DNA of 58,289 nt from Rhizaria sp. SCN 62-66 (Eukaryota). The notes beneath the pieces were generated by a model. The model did not search any database and had not been told where the DNA came from. It saw only the letters and a list, made by a program, of their open reading frames with translations. Each line of letters begins with the position of its first letter. The first letter of the stretch is position 1. The translations under genes and the position numbers were made by a program. The stretch is taken from positions 62,001 through 120,289 of the forward strand of contig MEDY01000043.1 in the NCBI GenBank assembly GCA_001724265.1. The letters are read 5' to 3'. Below are positions 28,401-37,200 of the stretch, piece by piece.

Positions 28401-31027
28401 ACGCCACCGAGGCGAACGCTGGCGCCGCCGAGAAGACTGAGGAGCCGAAGAAGGCTGAGGCTGAGGCGGCTCCTGCTGTCGCTGCTGTCGCAGCGGCCGC
28501 TGCCGCTGCTCCTGCTGCTGATGCTGCTGATGCTGCTGCTGTGCTTGAGGCAGGTATCGAGTCTGAGATCGACTTCGAGTTCGACGAAGAGCCTGTTGCA
28601 TCTGGTGATGGCGCGGATGTGGATGCCCACGCTTACGAGCCTATTGCGCAGCCCGACGCTGTTGCTGTTGCTGCTGCAGAGGCTGCCACGGCTAAGGCTG
28701 ATGAGGAGGCTGCAGCTCAGGCTGCGGCAGAGGTTGAGGCCCAGGCTAGGGCTGACGCCGAGGCTGAGGCTGCTGCTGCGAAGGCTGCTGCTGAGGCTGA
28801 AGCTGCGAAGATTGCTGCTCATGCTGCAGCTGAAGCCGAGGCCGCTGCTCAGGCCGAGGTGGAAGCCAAGTCGGAGGATGAGGCGGAAGCTGCGGCCAAG
28901 GCCGCTGCAGAGGCCGCTGCTGCTGAGGCCGTGGCCGGCGACGACGAGGAGTACGATGACGACTTCGTGCTCACTGCACGCTCCGGTCCCAGCGACGCCA
29001 GTGCTGCTGACACTGCCACGGCCGCCCCAGTCACCGAGCCCGCTGCCGCTGCCGTCAAGCCCACTGTTGCGGAGGACGCCGAGGCAGATATCGTGGACGA
29101 GGTTATCGACGAGCTGCCCGAAGACGTCGCCGCCGCTGAGCACGACGCAATCGGCGGTGCCACCGGTCAGGATGACGGACTTGACGACCTTGACGCGCTC
29201 TACGCTGTCGACACCACCGCGACCGCGGCTGGTGCTGTCAAGCCTGAATCGGACGCTGAGAAGGTCGAGGGCGACAAGGAGGCCGACGATAAGAAGCCTG
29301 AAACCGACGTCAAACCTGCAGGCGAACCCAAGCACGACGCCGAGTCTGATAAGCCTGTCGCGGGCGAGGCCACCAGTGAGGGCGACGGCGCCTATGCAGA
29401 CGATTTCGAGGTGATCAGTGACTCTGTCGAGCCTACGCCTGCCCCAGCCCAGTTTCCCACGCTCAAGGGCATGGTTGCCGCGCCCCCGCGCGCGCCGTCG
29501 CCCAAGCCGGACGAAAACCCGCTGACTCGCTTTGTCGGCGTGCGCGAGCGTGAGTGGGCCTCCAAGTGGGAGGAGGAGGGTGTCACCGGCTCTGGTCGCG
29601 ATCTTGCGCAGAACGACGAGAGCTCGCACCCGCACGCGTACCGCAACCCTGACGCGGCTGGTGTGCCCAAGCGCGCGTTCGACGCCTTTGTCACCACGCT
29701 TCCACCCGCGGAGTCCGTCGCTGCGGCCGCTGCTGCTGCGGCCGCGCAGTCGGAGGAGAGCAAGGAGCCCGTGCCCAGTGTCGACAGCGCCACGCTTGCG
29801 CCTGAGCGCGTGGCCGAGCTTGTACGCAAGCTTGTGGCTGCGACCGTGGCCGAGGCTGAGAGCGGTGTCTCTGTGCGTGCTCCAGCTGCGCGCCAGGACC
29901 TCTACGACGAGGAAGTTGCTCCCGTCGCCGTCGGCGTCCTGTCGACTGCTGCTGTCGCTCAAGTGCTCACAGAAGAGCGTCGCGCGCACGCTGAGCGTGC
30001 CAAGGCTGAGCAAGCTGCTGCTGAGGCCGCACTTGCCGCCGAGGTTGCCGCCGCTGCCACGAAGCCCGCGTCCGACACTACGCCTGTGCTGGTGATGCCG
30101 GCCGCGGTGCGTGAGCGCGCGCTTGCTGCTGGCGACGCCTTTGTGGCGGCGCTGGCCGACGAGGTGCTCTTGTCGCGCGTGCTCGCGGCCGCCGTCACAG
30201 CGTGCTGCTGTGACGCAAACGGGAAGCCGGGCGTCAAGTGCAGCTGCGGCCCCGCGCCGTGGCAGTCGCCCGACGCGTTGTGGCGCCTGCGCCTCGTGAC
30301 TGGCCCCGACGGTCGCATGCGCGTGCCCGAGCACATCACTGCGCCCGCGTCTCTCGTCCACCGTGTTCGCGCTACCCGCGCACGCGTTGCGCTCGCTGCA
30401 CTCGGTGCGGACACCACGCGCAACCCGATGCTCACGCACCCCGCGCCGTTGGCCGCTCTCGCCGCGCTGCCTGAGGGCGCGGCGAGCGTCGAGGCCGCCG
30501 CCAAGGAGGTCGCCGCAGCTGCAGGCGCCTCTGCGGCGGCCACGCGCGTTGCGCACGCGCAGGTACTGGAGAACGACCTGCTCCGCAAGGACTGGGGCAC
30601 GGATCTGCCGGTGGTGCTGGAGGCGCACGCGGCGACGGCGCCCAAGGATCCCGACATGCGCCCGCCGACTGTGCGCGCGCAGCAGCTCGCGGCGGTGTTG
30701 CTGCCGTGGGAAGACCACGTGCAGTGCATCGAGAGCTCCGACTGGTGCGAGGAGGCTTTCACGCCCTGCTTCGCGCTCGCCGCTGCCACCGCTGCGGCCG
30801 CCGATGAAGTAGCCGGAGAGAACGCCCCGCCGCGCAACGCGGTCGGGCGCGCGACGGCGACTGCAAGTGGCGGCGGCGCGGGCGTTGTTGCAGACCTCTC
30901 TGAGTGGGTGCTTAATGACCTCGTCGACGAGGCGCTGGCCGTGCATTTGGCCACCGAGCAGCGTGCGCTTGACCGCAAGACTGCCCGTGCTGAGGCCAGG
31001 GCTCGTGCTGCTGCTGGTCATGCGTAA
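19454..31027 (+). CDS. Giant low-complexity coiled-coil protein, CEP350/CAP350-like (centriole-associated), 3857 aa
   Basis: First ATG at 19454 (the ORF track starts at a GTG, 19373); stop TAA. Three blocks resemble remembered CEP350 motifs in the same order: ATVQEHMAARRASER...RLAALD (~22815-22940), QLAARMTRELSLMTKLDEH (~25382-25440) and C-terminal DUF4378/TRM-M2-like VADLSEWVLNDLVDEAL (~30887-30937). Also many acidic YxDDF-like motifs. The CDS is solid; the family call is tentative. Confidence 0.6.
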   Translation: MSRQPNSSSSRSGTSAAASGQARPSTARRSFSPSASTAAISRPTTAGAARRTPPSAQAAPPSAGSRASSASRSASRPAAGAAPEPAMRPQTLFTATTAAAANKPGAASGARYSWRAPAAAASNTALAAPSADASAAALNADVRRALSVAGSGPIATYAAALNAYEGVSPSASAVTSASAPRYGPDALSPAAAAAAARLSPAAAASSSSSSSSASPSVSASASAAAAAAAAVLRSSGVSGPAARAVVADLVHSAYGGDPHRAAMALAVATLQQEQVQQAQAQQQQQQYAQSAAQSESVPSLTEAVSLRRGVAPALAGTLSTNALTLGPQRPHLGQGLAPRDSRRPADARSPADAAAAGGGYARSLRSPTTAAAAAGAGAAPTSFGAPLQHVRSPSQGHGVYGGDDAADALSSSVATEFDRYRHAGPSRAAAATSASVTAAVAALDEYDTGRALRRSAFDANAAGTHGARGGTHGHGTHSGLGAGPTPGSPLWRAHSLMAAMPTDDLLRVARAGERAAAAAAARSDVAAHSGHSDDAPDVGSSPTGGRPTAMRRAIDRYHALSAGARGSEALSPPRAPANPATAAAHGPAPEAVRSLARALVRAERGAMAVEQSAADRALAAALNADPALLAAAMDAVGAVAEGESVLERAHNADGSHRAKGKAARAAGAAAAEAAAVAAGQAPPRRAGYLSSLTSPAAADSPAPGDALLPPALAADLVARAEAYGLPPDALAAVAAAAAAGTVPALESFALGYVARRGASAAQGAATAAAPASAGASGQSGKSAAAQMAQQLFAKGGRYTVRPLAPVPAVDPVGAAIEAGRAAATAEGARVRRQLYSPEQDGRQSASTAAAVTGRSPLADGRGRQRFVVQRPPQSPFRPETAEDSRSRSRSQSQSRSRSQSRTRPRNAAAPLGFGAPTVTASRTVTATGQQQQQRPASASAAPASRRAGPAKPMLDTALSAVRAAAAAAHAGARKPVRAPTGIVEHDYAADGFDDDGGHAAASMTGLSAARADRLRERAAAAAVLRANPQARAQADERRAKAEDDARARALAASKKAAVPRLGTGTTSAPAQQQQQQQQQQQQQQQRGRGRTAAAAAAAAAEQPAAAAAGIDYGGAAPPQAHATVQEHMAARRASERAAQHRQRAAAAAEAARHEQRLAALDATARRNASASAAAARASSGSRARGGGRAQQPAQQAHDAVYCDEPDTKTALLSVLRAQTARMEGVAAATRAAQSQGAGRPATGRGASAGAIRPMASGAAPLSRTHLPLPAGQGQGQSQGFMTSTAAAAMAAESAAAARAVRDARVAAVVQQQKQERQRRFAKAARLLQQNVAPAEDEPAAAPLSQGRAVASDGAGRLRVALLPEHEGDDDADAAAAAARPRSVLDRRPSGAVLPRARRGGRALADAYARALAADSNAADAEDDDAGSEAEEGDALILAQTLALQSMSPKRTVVRNRDSPARAPTFTSLETEAESKAVDAMVDEDEQPHSAPATTVRRPAPAARGAAVTSSGGTVRARLDFDSPASPPTTVAGAWALRAGSDPLAAAPAPDSPSAAALAEALAAVDRAFGLADATRLTAPLAPELAAVARPRYAVAAYGHSHGHGFGYDQKPHHAAEDEYYNDDVSELAPPEPHVAAVTRGPRSLAHASAWGAPVTGEDDDENADGDDDNGGHVYWKPSRRSLDAALGPARAADDEDDEEDAEADADAAAAVAAAAASGSHAKPSLADILAAPRLHRDEHYTAHDDDDADADDNDDERYDGEEYPAELPHAELHAAPGAALLPMVPAEEEHAFTASQLPAGLAGADSGPSDAPAPWNALQALTQDMLARQHAAARAVEAAQDAARRERTAELRAAAEALAEAEAREDREQRAESKRRADAAAAAEAEAGMPVPAPLLPEGGDDDAVGEDEVVLEDGEAMEGDYEGDEAEDAAMAAAVAALDAASALANAVITPAKPSAASGAAASDEEPGPVAIAAAQLAARMTRELSLMTKLDEHAAAASAAAYAASLAELARNHAADQAAERERAEAAARAVAEAAAEEAAEAEHAFLAKLHEETAAANVRAQQLAVDAAVAAATRDLAQRVAEVEDLRRALEDQRALAADAALAAARAEAAATKEQAAAVKEELVAAREETAAAKDAGVHDEAARLLRERLVVAAEETAAMQGAVKEQLEAMRAALAAGLAQLETMDQHGRERAEAEHAHAARQLKAMEQNFAHLGKLAAQSNDILHGVSATMHKQSSIMPIVLAPPQPRGQPAIGASPRAPALAAAAAAAAEDDYEDDFETSFTPRSSRTGSATTRAAAVPAATAAAASASESTEIEVEISTTTTGPTGGAAATGVNATYADDFAADTDEAHYTADFTNATAATFGASGVLPALAPASAVAVAAPAGDSSIEIDLNVTGPAAASVSPHAAASANALSVPSMVDDGIATALDVTAAGVAPTNLGADAHSDSVSVSIGGATALNTTGPAAAAVIGADAGKGDESSAVDIDAGDDDEDAAAGAFAMYRAPAAADAEIEDLSVSLAHQSTDADAADEAMRSPVIRIDHAGPAQEHVKDDVPAAAITGAAEGAHTEAGDSYSLAFDPSVLTAREPAAAAAGALAPTTEVPETAAEAGEDEYTFMFVPDAEGIVSARGTGLVTASAPKGPVEADAEDDYYGAPGATEVGDDAEHVKPVAGKGTLALRSAAAGNGAATETEYTALFDTFDATAGAKPAAGDETALYAADFEAAESNANAIAQPDAALDEYAPDSARDASVRAPAAAADAAAVAPAADDINVEVEVTDGGAAHNEEYDEFYAPESEQTSAHAAEPDVAPAAKPALANDDTYAADTFADASIAHAYRGVAALAPPPATPAAVKPDDTYADATFFADTSVAPAFQKPAPAAGGAAADAMDSGVFNDSIPVALAGASADDELDQYAADAFDATAREPAGASATAAIDGEDDTYAADFHASTTAGALPKPAAVGAVTASSEDTYGDATFVVDATEANAGAAEKTEEPKKAEAEAAPAVAAVAAAAAAAPAADAADAAAVLEAGIESEIDFEFDEEPVASGDGADVDAHAYEPIAQPDAVAVAAAEAATAKADEEAAAQAAAEVEAQARADAEAEAAAAKAAAEAEAAKIAAHAAAEAEAAAQAEVEAKSEDEAEAAAKAAAEAAAAEAVAGDDEEYDDDFVLTARSGPSDASAADTATAAPVTEPAAAAVKPTVAEDAEADIVDEVIDELPEDVAAAEHDAIGGATGQDDGLDDLDALYAVDTTATAAGAVKPESDAEKVEGDKEADDKKPETDVKPAGEPKHDAESDKPVAGEATSEGDGAYADDFEVISDSVEPTPAPAQFPTLKGMVAAPPRAPSPKPDENPLTRFVGVREREWASKWEEEGVTGSGRDLAQNDESSHPHAYRNPDAAGVPKRAFDAFVTTLPPAESVAAAAAAAAAQSEESKEPVPSVDSATLAPERVAELVRKLVAATVAEAESGVSVRAPAARQDLYDEEVAPVAVGVLSTAAVAQVLTEERRAHAERAKAEQAAAEAALAAEVAAAATKPASDTTPVLVMPAAVRERALAAGDAFVAALADEVLLSRVLAAAVTACCCDANGKPGVKCSCGPAPWQSPDALWRLRLVTGPDGRMRVPEHITAPASLVHRVRATRARVALAALGADTTRNPMLTHPAPLAALAALPEGAASVEAAAKEVAAAAGASAAATRVAHAQVLENDLLRKDWGTDLPVVLEAHAATAPKDPDMRPPTVRAQQLAAVLLPWEDHVQCIESSDWCEEAFTPCFALAAATAAAADEVAGENAPPRNAVGRATATASGGGAGVVADLSEWVLNDLVDEALAVHLATEQRALDRKTARAEARARAAAGHA
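22664..22708 (+). repeat. CAG/CAA trinucleotide repeat encoding poly-Gln (15 Q)
   Basis: caacagcagcaacagcagcaacagcagcaacagcagcagcagcag within the 3857-aa ORF. Confidence 0.9.
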
Positions 31028-31248
31028 TAACGCCCCATCAAGCTCGCATTCAACAACACTGACTTAAAATACGTAGACTTAAAAGATGAAAGATAATAAT
31101 TGTAGCTGATAGCTTTATTTTGATGAGTAATTAGTAGTACACGGAACAATGCTTGATAAAATGAGATAGTATGTACAATAATACAGCGATAATAAGATTT
31201 GATTCAACTTTTTAACACAGAGATTAAATTGAGCAAATGAAACTGGGT

Positions 31249-34200
31249 TTACTCAAGCCACTTGAGCTCAGCAATTGGTGCTGAGTGAACACGAACGGTC
31301 AGCAAGAATGCGCGCAATGATCCATCGGACAACCTCGCGGCTCCAGCAATCTCCGCCTCTCCGTTGGGGCCAACCATGGCAACCAGTGGTGCGCTGAGCT
31401 CCATGGGGCCAACCTTTGCAGCTCGGTCAGCAAGAGCGATCGAGGCGGGCTCGCCAAGCAACAGCGATGATACTGTCACTGGCGGCGGGGGCACTGTAGC
31501 GCGCGAGCTGGTAGGAGGTAAGCCCGACGAAATGCCTGAAGGCATAGCCTGCAGTGTCGGCGTAGTCGAGCGACCGTAGGAGCGACTCGGCGTAAGCAGT
31601 CTGGGCGTCATCTGCGGCGACGAAGCCACAGGCGTGTAAGGCGCCGACGCCGAGGGTGGCCAGAAGAAAGAGTTACGGTCCACGCTAGGTCCAGCCATCG
31701 GAGACATCGCGTCACCCAGCACTGGTGGCAGATTAAGAGGAACTGGGATGAAGACGGCGTCGCCCTCTGACGGCATCACAGCGCGGGGTGGTTCATACTG
31801 CTGCGAACCATCTGTGTCTGCGCCACCACCACCAATGCTCAGGACGGCACTCGGTGACGGCGATGGCGCACGACCATTCATGGACTGGATCGCTGCCACA
31901 GAGATCTGGCTAGCAACGCCAACCAGTGTTAGCGCGGCCATAGGCGGGCGCCGTTGCGCTGACTGGCCTTGTAGCGCATTGGCAGGCGCAGCCCCAAGTG
32001 TCCACGGAGGCAGCAGCGTGGCAGAGACAGCAATGGTCGCGCTTGCGGCTGATACAACCAGTGCGACTGCAGCTTTCGGCCCCACAACAGTAGCAGCTGC
32101 GGCCGATACAACGGGAGCGGGTGGGCTCGGCAGAAGCGATGGTGCCTGAAAGATAAGCTCGTTCAAAACTGCATCTGCGCGCGGTTGTGCAGCGCCAGAC
32201 CGCGACTGTGATAAGGCAGAACCGGCAGACGCAGCGAGCACGGCAGGCGGTGTGCTAAGGAAAAGACTTGCACAGAGTCCGGTGTGCGCGCGCTGCGCCA
32301 GAGCCCACACCGCGGCACCACCAAGTGCGCAGGCGGAAGAGAGTCCCAGTGCGTTGGCCGCGCCCGCAGGCAACGCGGGGTGCGTCGCCACCAGCGCGCC
32401 TGGCCGTGACGCGCGGAAGGCCACGCCGGAGCGGGCACGCGGGCTCGGAGGCTGAGCTGGCGTAGATGGCGCAGGCGGGCGCAGATAAACTGCAAACTGC
32501 GCTCGAGAAATAGCGGTTGCAACAGCAAGAGAAGCGGCGTTGGCCGCTGCCAACAGTGGTGCAGGCGGGGGCAGACCCCGTTGGCCACGCACCATTGCAA
32601 GCGCCGCGGCGGCCGTCAACGCGGGCGGCGGAGGTGCAAGCGGTGGAGTGATGAGCGGGACTGCGACAACACTGATTGCAGCATCCGCATGTGCAGATGG
32701 CCTCAGCGCAGTCAATGATTGTCCGGATGTTGACAAGAGCGCCGTAACAGACACTGTAAACGTACGTGGGCAGGTGTATGAGGCTGGTGTGACGCCAGCA
32801 AAGTGACTGTGCGCAAGCGCAAGCACGGCCATCGCAGGACGATGACGAGTCGACAACACCATAGCGGCGCCAGACCGTCCGCCGGGCATCGTGTCATTGG
32901 CAGATGCAAGAGCGAGCAGCAATGGTACGCGAAGCGTCGCGCCTGGAACGGCCAGCGCAGATGCAGGCCGCGGGCGGGCGCGTGCAACAGTCGTCGGTGG
33001 AGCAGTATCTTCAAATTCCTCCCAGTACACAGCGCCAGCCATGGCGGCAGCAGCGCTTGCAAATGCGGCCTCAGGGTTGCCACCTCCAGCCGCAGCGGTG
33101 GCAGCCGCAGCGACGGAAGCAAAAAGTGCATCTGCGGCAACAGCTGTGCGTAACTCAGCAGCGTTCAGTGTGAGCGCTGAGGCCAGCGGCTGCAGTAGCG
33201 GCAATGTTCCAATGCCCGGTAACCAGCGCGGGGGTGCACCTGCGACTGCAGGAGTTAGGGTCCGCGCCATTACGCTTGGCGTCGACGCCGACAGAGCGTA
33301 CAGCGCAACCGCAAGCTGCGGGTGCATCATAACATCTGTCAAAGCATCGACGCCTGGCGCAAACGGGAGCGCAAGCTGCAGCGGTGCGGGGCAGTGGAGA
33401 GAACCCAGCGCGGTGGCAAGCGAAACGCCAGTCAGTGCAGACGCGTGCGGCAGCGCAGCCCACACAAGTCTGCAGCACGGGCACGAGCGCGCAGGAACCT
33501 GCAACGCCGCCTGGGGACCGGTCATGGCTGCCGCAGCAGCGCGCGCGGCGGGGCCAGCGGCAGCGGCGAGTGCTGCTGCCACGACTGGCTGCAGCCAGCG
33601 GCGCAACTGAATGAGTCCGGGCATAGCGAGCTGCGCAAGCGCTGCACCCGTCGGCGTCACGCCCGGAGACGCTGTGCCACGTGAGGCGGCAGCTGTGGCA
33701 AAACACAGCTGCACAGCGGCACGCAGGACGTCTGGAGGCGACGGCGGCAGAAGACGCTCGCCCCGGTCGCGCTCCGTGCGCTCACGCTCGCGTGCAGCCG
33801 CAGCGGATGCGGCGGCAGAGGCGGCGGCAGAGGCCGACAGGGAGCTCGTATTTGTCGAGGCACTGAGCGAAGCGGCGAGCTCTGCGGCCGCAGTCGCGGA
33901 CGACGACGTCGGCTGCAACGAGAGCAGCGCCGTAATCATGATGCGCGTAAGCAGCGGGGCAGGACACAGTCGCGACACCGCACCCGTCACGGCCGCAGAC
34001 GCAGCGGCGGCGGAAGGTGCGGGCGGCGTGGGAGGGCATAGACACATGCAGCAACCACCGCCACAAACGTCGTCGTCGCTGCTACTGTCACTGTCGCCGC
34101 CATCGCTGTCGCTGCTGCTACTGAGCGGTCCACTGGACTCTGTGCGCACCGTAGCGCCGCTGCCGTTCGTAACAGGCTTAGCAGCAGACTTTGCGTTGAC

Positions 34201-37200
34201 CTTACCTCCGCCAAGCTTCTCGGCATGAGCGCGCGCAGCAGCCTCTGCGTCAGAGCAGCCACAGCGGCCACGCTCGTCCACCAACGCGGCAGTGGCGTCA
34301 CCCAGCATTCCCTCCCAGCGGCGCAGCCAGCGCATCGGTCCGCCCGCACCGGCTGCGGCGCCCGGCCCAGCGCTCTCCGCAGGCACCACGGCTGCTGGGG
34401 ACAGCTTTGTCAGCAGCGTGCGCAGCGCCGCAAGCGAAACACTGCGCGGGGCAGCGGCCGCTGTGGCCGACGCAGCCGCCAGTGCTGCGGCTGACGCGGG
34501 AGCGGTGTGGGATGTTGAGGGCGACGCGTGCGGGGCCGTGGCCTGCGGAACGGGGGACGCTAGCGCACGCACAGGCGCGCCGATTGTCACAGTGAGCGGC
34601 CCCCCGGTGTGAGGCACCGGCGGCGGCCGCGCGGGTAGCGTTGCCGCAGCGGACAGGCCAGCGGCAGCAGCGGCGGCGGAAGAGAAGTGGTTGAAAGCGA
34701 ACGCAGACCGCACGCGCGCAGTGACCGCGGCAGTGACAGAAGTTGCGGCAGTGTGGGACGCAGGCAGACGCACACGCAGTGGCGGCGGCAGGAAAACATT
34801 GACCCAGCCCAGCGCAGCGGGCCCCGCGGCAGCGGTCGCGGCGGAAGCGGCAGCTGTGGCTGCGGCAGCGGCGGCCGCAGCGATCGAGGTTGCGGAGGCT
34901 ATGGGTGACGGCGGCGGGAACGGGCGCGTGCCGCTGGCACTGCGGCTGCCGCGCGCCGACGGCAACGGCGACGGGTTGTCGCTAAAATCGTTCGCTGGCG
35001 CAGACGCGGACGATGATGCGGGGGCGGGAGCAGCTGGCGGCGCAAAGCCAACTGAAAGTCCGCGCGAAAGAGGCAAGAAAGCGCCAAGTGACCATGCCAC
35101 AAAGCGCGGCGCCTGACGGCAGAGCACCGTGTCAGGTGCGTCTGCCGTCTCGTGCGAGGCTGCCAGCATAGCGGGCACGGGCGCGAGCTGGTATGTTCCT
35201 GAGCTGGGGGCTGTAACCACAGCGGGTGCAGCGGGCGGCAATGAACGTGGCGACAGCGCAACGACAACAGTGAATGCATCCTCAGGCAGCGCGCGGGGCC
35301 CCGGTGCACAGCGGCGACACCAAAGACGGCGTTGTGGCAACGCGGGACCAGGTGCGGGCATCAGTGCCGTGAGCAGGGCTGACGAGCGACGCGCGCGGTG
35401 CAGAGGCGGCTTGTCGGACTCGCTGTTGCGGCGAGAATCAACTTCATCGTCACCGTCACTCTCAACAGACTCATCATCATAATTGTCATCGTCAGATCCA
35501 GAGCAGTCGGTAGCAACCGCACCTGAGTCATCAAGATCTTCAGCGTCATCGCCAATCACTTCACACTCGTTGTTGGTCTCGGGCGCAAGCTCGCGGCACA
35601 TAGCCGCTGCAGTGAGCGCCGCCGGCGACGCAAATGTCGCGTCGGGTTCAAACACTGCATTCGCAAGCGCGGAAGCCGCGGCGACGTGCGAGCTGTAGCT
35701 CCCGAATGTGTTGCGCGGACCCGTCGCGTACAGCGGCGCGCTCGCAAGCACGCTATTGGACGTCGCAGACCCGCCGCAGCGTCGGAGGCGGCGAGCGCAG
35801 AGGCACGGTCCAGTGGCGTCCTTGATGTGCATCACCGTGGGCGGCATCACAACAACGTCTGCGATCTGCTCAGCGCCCGCGAACGGAGCAGGCGTTGGCG
35901 GGGGCGCCTGGCGCGGCGCATAAGCTGCGGCCTCCTCGGCGTCGGCGTCGGTGGGAGCGCCGATATCCTGGTCTGGACCGTCGCCGCGCGGCTTCAACCC
36001 CGCAGGTGCGGGCCAGTGGCGCAGCGTCAGAGCGGGCGGCAATGCCGCGCTGACAGCAGCTGCCAGCGGGCCGGCAGCGGAGGACAGCAGAATCGCGGCC
36101 ACCGACAATGGGACGGGCGTGCCGGGCGGCGCTGGACCCGTGGTATTGGCTGCGGCGGCGGCGCGCGCCCCCGCAGCGGCTAGCGCGTGTGCGTACGGCG
36201 TGCAGTCGTTGGCGGCGCTGGGCATGATAGCCAGCACGCGCGCCAGTGGCGAGGAGAACGAGATCGCAGGCGCCGCAGGCAGCGGCATGGGTAGCGCCGC
36301 AGTCGCCGCCGCCAACGGGCACTCTGGAGCGTCGGACGCTGCCGCAGTCGTGGTCGGGGCCGCTGCAGCTGCACGCGCTGTCGCGCCGGGCGGCTGCGCG
36401 GGCGAGCCGTACTCGTGGCTCAGACTCGCGCGCCGCAGCAGCGCGCCGGCCGTGTGGTTGCGGCGCGTGCTTGCGGACGCCGTTGCGAGTGCAGCAGCGA
36501 GCGCGGCGGCGGCGGCAGTCGGCACCTGCGGCTCCAGCGCCGGGCCCAGGTGGTACGGCAGCCATGGCGCGGGCATCGATACCACGGCGCCCGCGCGCTG
36601 CACCGGGGACGCAGGCGTGGCAATGATAGTGGGACCCGCGGCCGGCGACGGCGACAGCGCGGCGTAGAGACGGCGGCCGGTCGCAGCAACCGCGGCTGTG
36701 CGCTGCGCGAGCGCGGGTGAGAGGTCGAGCACGCGCACTGCAGGCGCGCTCGCACTGGGGGCCGCAACGCCGGCAGCCGCGGTGACCGCAGTCGCGGCGG
36801 GAGCGGACCAGGCAAGGAAGACGGTCTGCAGCGGCAGGTACTCGGTGCCGGGCTCGAAGCGCACCCACGCGGACTGCACCGGGGCGGGTGCAGCTTCGGT
36901 GGCAGGACGCTCGAAGTCCAGCCGCTGGTAGCCGACACCGCGCACGCGCGCGCGGTGAACGAGCTTCACGCCCGCAATCGCGCCGCGTTGCACGCGTGCA
37001 CCGCTGTCGGCGCCGGCGGGAGGCGCGAAGTAGGTCAGCAGCACGGGCACTGCAACTGCGGCAGGAGCACGGGGACGGGCGCCGCCGGCCGCGGCGGCAG
37101 CAGCGGCGGCAGCGGCAGCGGCGGCAGCGGGAGAACCTCCGGCCGCGGCGGCGGCTGCAGCGGCGGCAGCGCGGCGTGCACGACGGCCTCCACCAACCAC

